Shown here piece after piece: positions 62,938 to 64,000 of a stretch of 64,000 bases of DNA. The stretch is from positions 63,155,992 to 63,219,991 of the forward strand of contig NC_068993.1 in the NCBI RefSeq assembly GCF_001194135.2. The letters are read 5' to 3'. The DNA is from Octopus bimaculoides (taxonomy: Eukaryota). Position numbers and translations under genes: made by a program. Each line of letters opens with the position of its first letter. The first letter of the stretch is position 1. The notes beneath the pieces are model-generated. The model had not been told where the DNA came from and did no database searches. It saw only the letters and a list, made by a program, of their open reading frames with translations.

Positions 62938-63848
62938 ATATGCATACACACACGTGTGTATGCATATATACGTATGGATGTGTATATAAGTAAGTATATA
63001 TGTATAGGTATCTATATATATATATGTATTTGTGTGTGTGTGTGTCTGTGCATGTATGTATGTGTGTATGAATATATATATGCACACACACACACTCACA
63101 CACACGTGTAAAATGATAGACATATACTGCAATACCTTTTAAGGTAAAAGATTTATAATACTTCAGTTTACAAATTTTATTCTATTCCATTAAATACAGT
63201 CCTGCAGCTGTTGTTGTTGTTGTTGTATTGCAGTAGTTTAAAAGGTCATCTTACAGGATTCTTTAACCATTCAGTGCTCGTCAATGGGTCACATCAATTC
63301 TTTACCTATTGCTTCTTGTGTTAATTCCCTCTTCAACAATGCTTATAAACATCATTATCTCTTGACTATAGCCGTCTCGATGTTAGTTGTGCCAACTGTT
63401 AACTATAAAACATATGCGCTTGCAGTCTGCTTAGCAAGATTTATGTGTATACAGCTTATATAACAAGGTGTATATTGCTAGGCAGGTGGGCAAGATTAGC
63501 CAAATAACTTCTATCATGAGGTCACAAGTTCCAAACCGGTGCATGGCATCTTGGGCGAGTTTCTTTTACCATAGTTTCAGGTCACCTCTAGCATTATGAG
63601 TTAAATTAAGGTAGATGGGTCATGTATGGAAGCCTGTTGGATCGATTGTACACGTGGTTTGATGGTCCAGCCTGCTCCCATATTCTGTCACACTGATTCT
63701 GCTCGAGGATTTATGTTGAGGGTACATCATGTGTCTGTGGAATACTCAGCTAGTTACGAGGCATTAGTTTACAAATTAGCTGGTCCAGTTGATTGAATAA
63801 CTGAATGTTCGCAATTGAAACTGATGTATACAGCCTCTACAGTAAGGA

Positions 63849-63921
<73 letters not shown>

Positions 63922-64000
63922 TACACACACATATACATATGTGTATGTGTATATATATGTGTGTATATCTACACACACACACATCCTCCAGGGCTTATAC

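Noticed and set aside
63306-63400. Minus-strand segment with donor ag|gtaaag and a nearby acceptor
   Set aside because: All frames contain stops, and the signals are within chance expectation.

Overview
This is AT-rich eukaryotic DNA with 7 assembly gaps, very dense microsatellites ((CA)n, (AT)n, (GA)n, (GATA)n, (ATT)n, (CAT)n) and dense interspersed repeats. The repeats match my recollection of Octopus (coleoid cephalopod) repeats, so the organism is an inference. I recognise dozens of tRNA-derived SINE copies in at least 3 families (one CORE-like), RTE-type LINE fragments and tails, decayed Tc1/mariner transposases of several families, and hAT-like and piggyBac-like MITEs. There is no intact transposase or RT, no rRNA/tRNA gene, no CRISPR array and no long conserved protein domain. 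Nearly all ORFs in the supplied track are microsatellite, gap or repeat artefacts. In the repeat-free islands I found short GT-AG candidate exons, mostly on the minus strand, several ending in a stop. They could be the 3' region of a large gene with many alternative last exons, but I cannot name the gene, and such signals also arise by chance in 64 kb, so all are low confidence. The best supported structural oddities are long inverted repeats, including an inverted SINE pair enclosing a GPI-signal-like candidate exon, and nested insertions with readable target-site duplications. I found no demonstrably new biological system.
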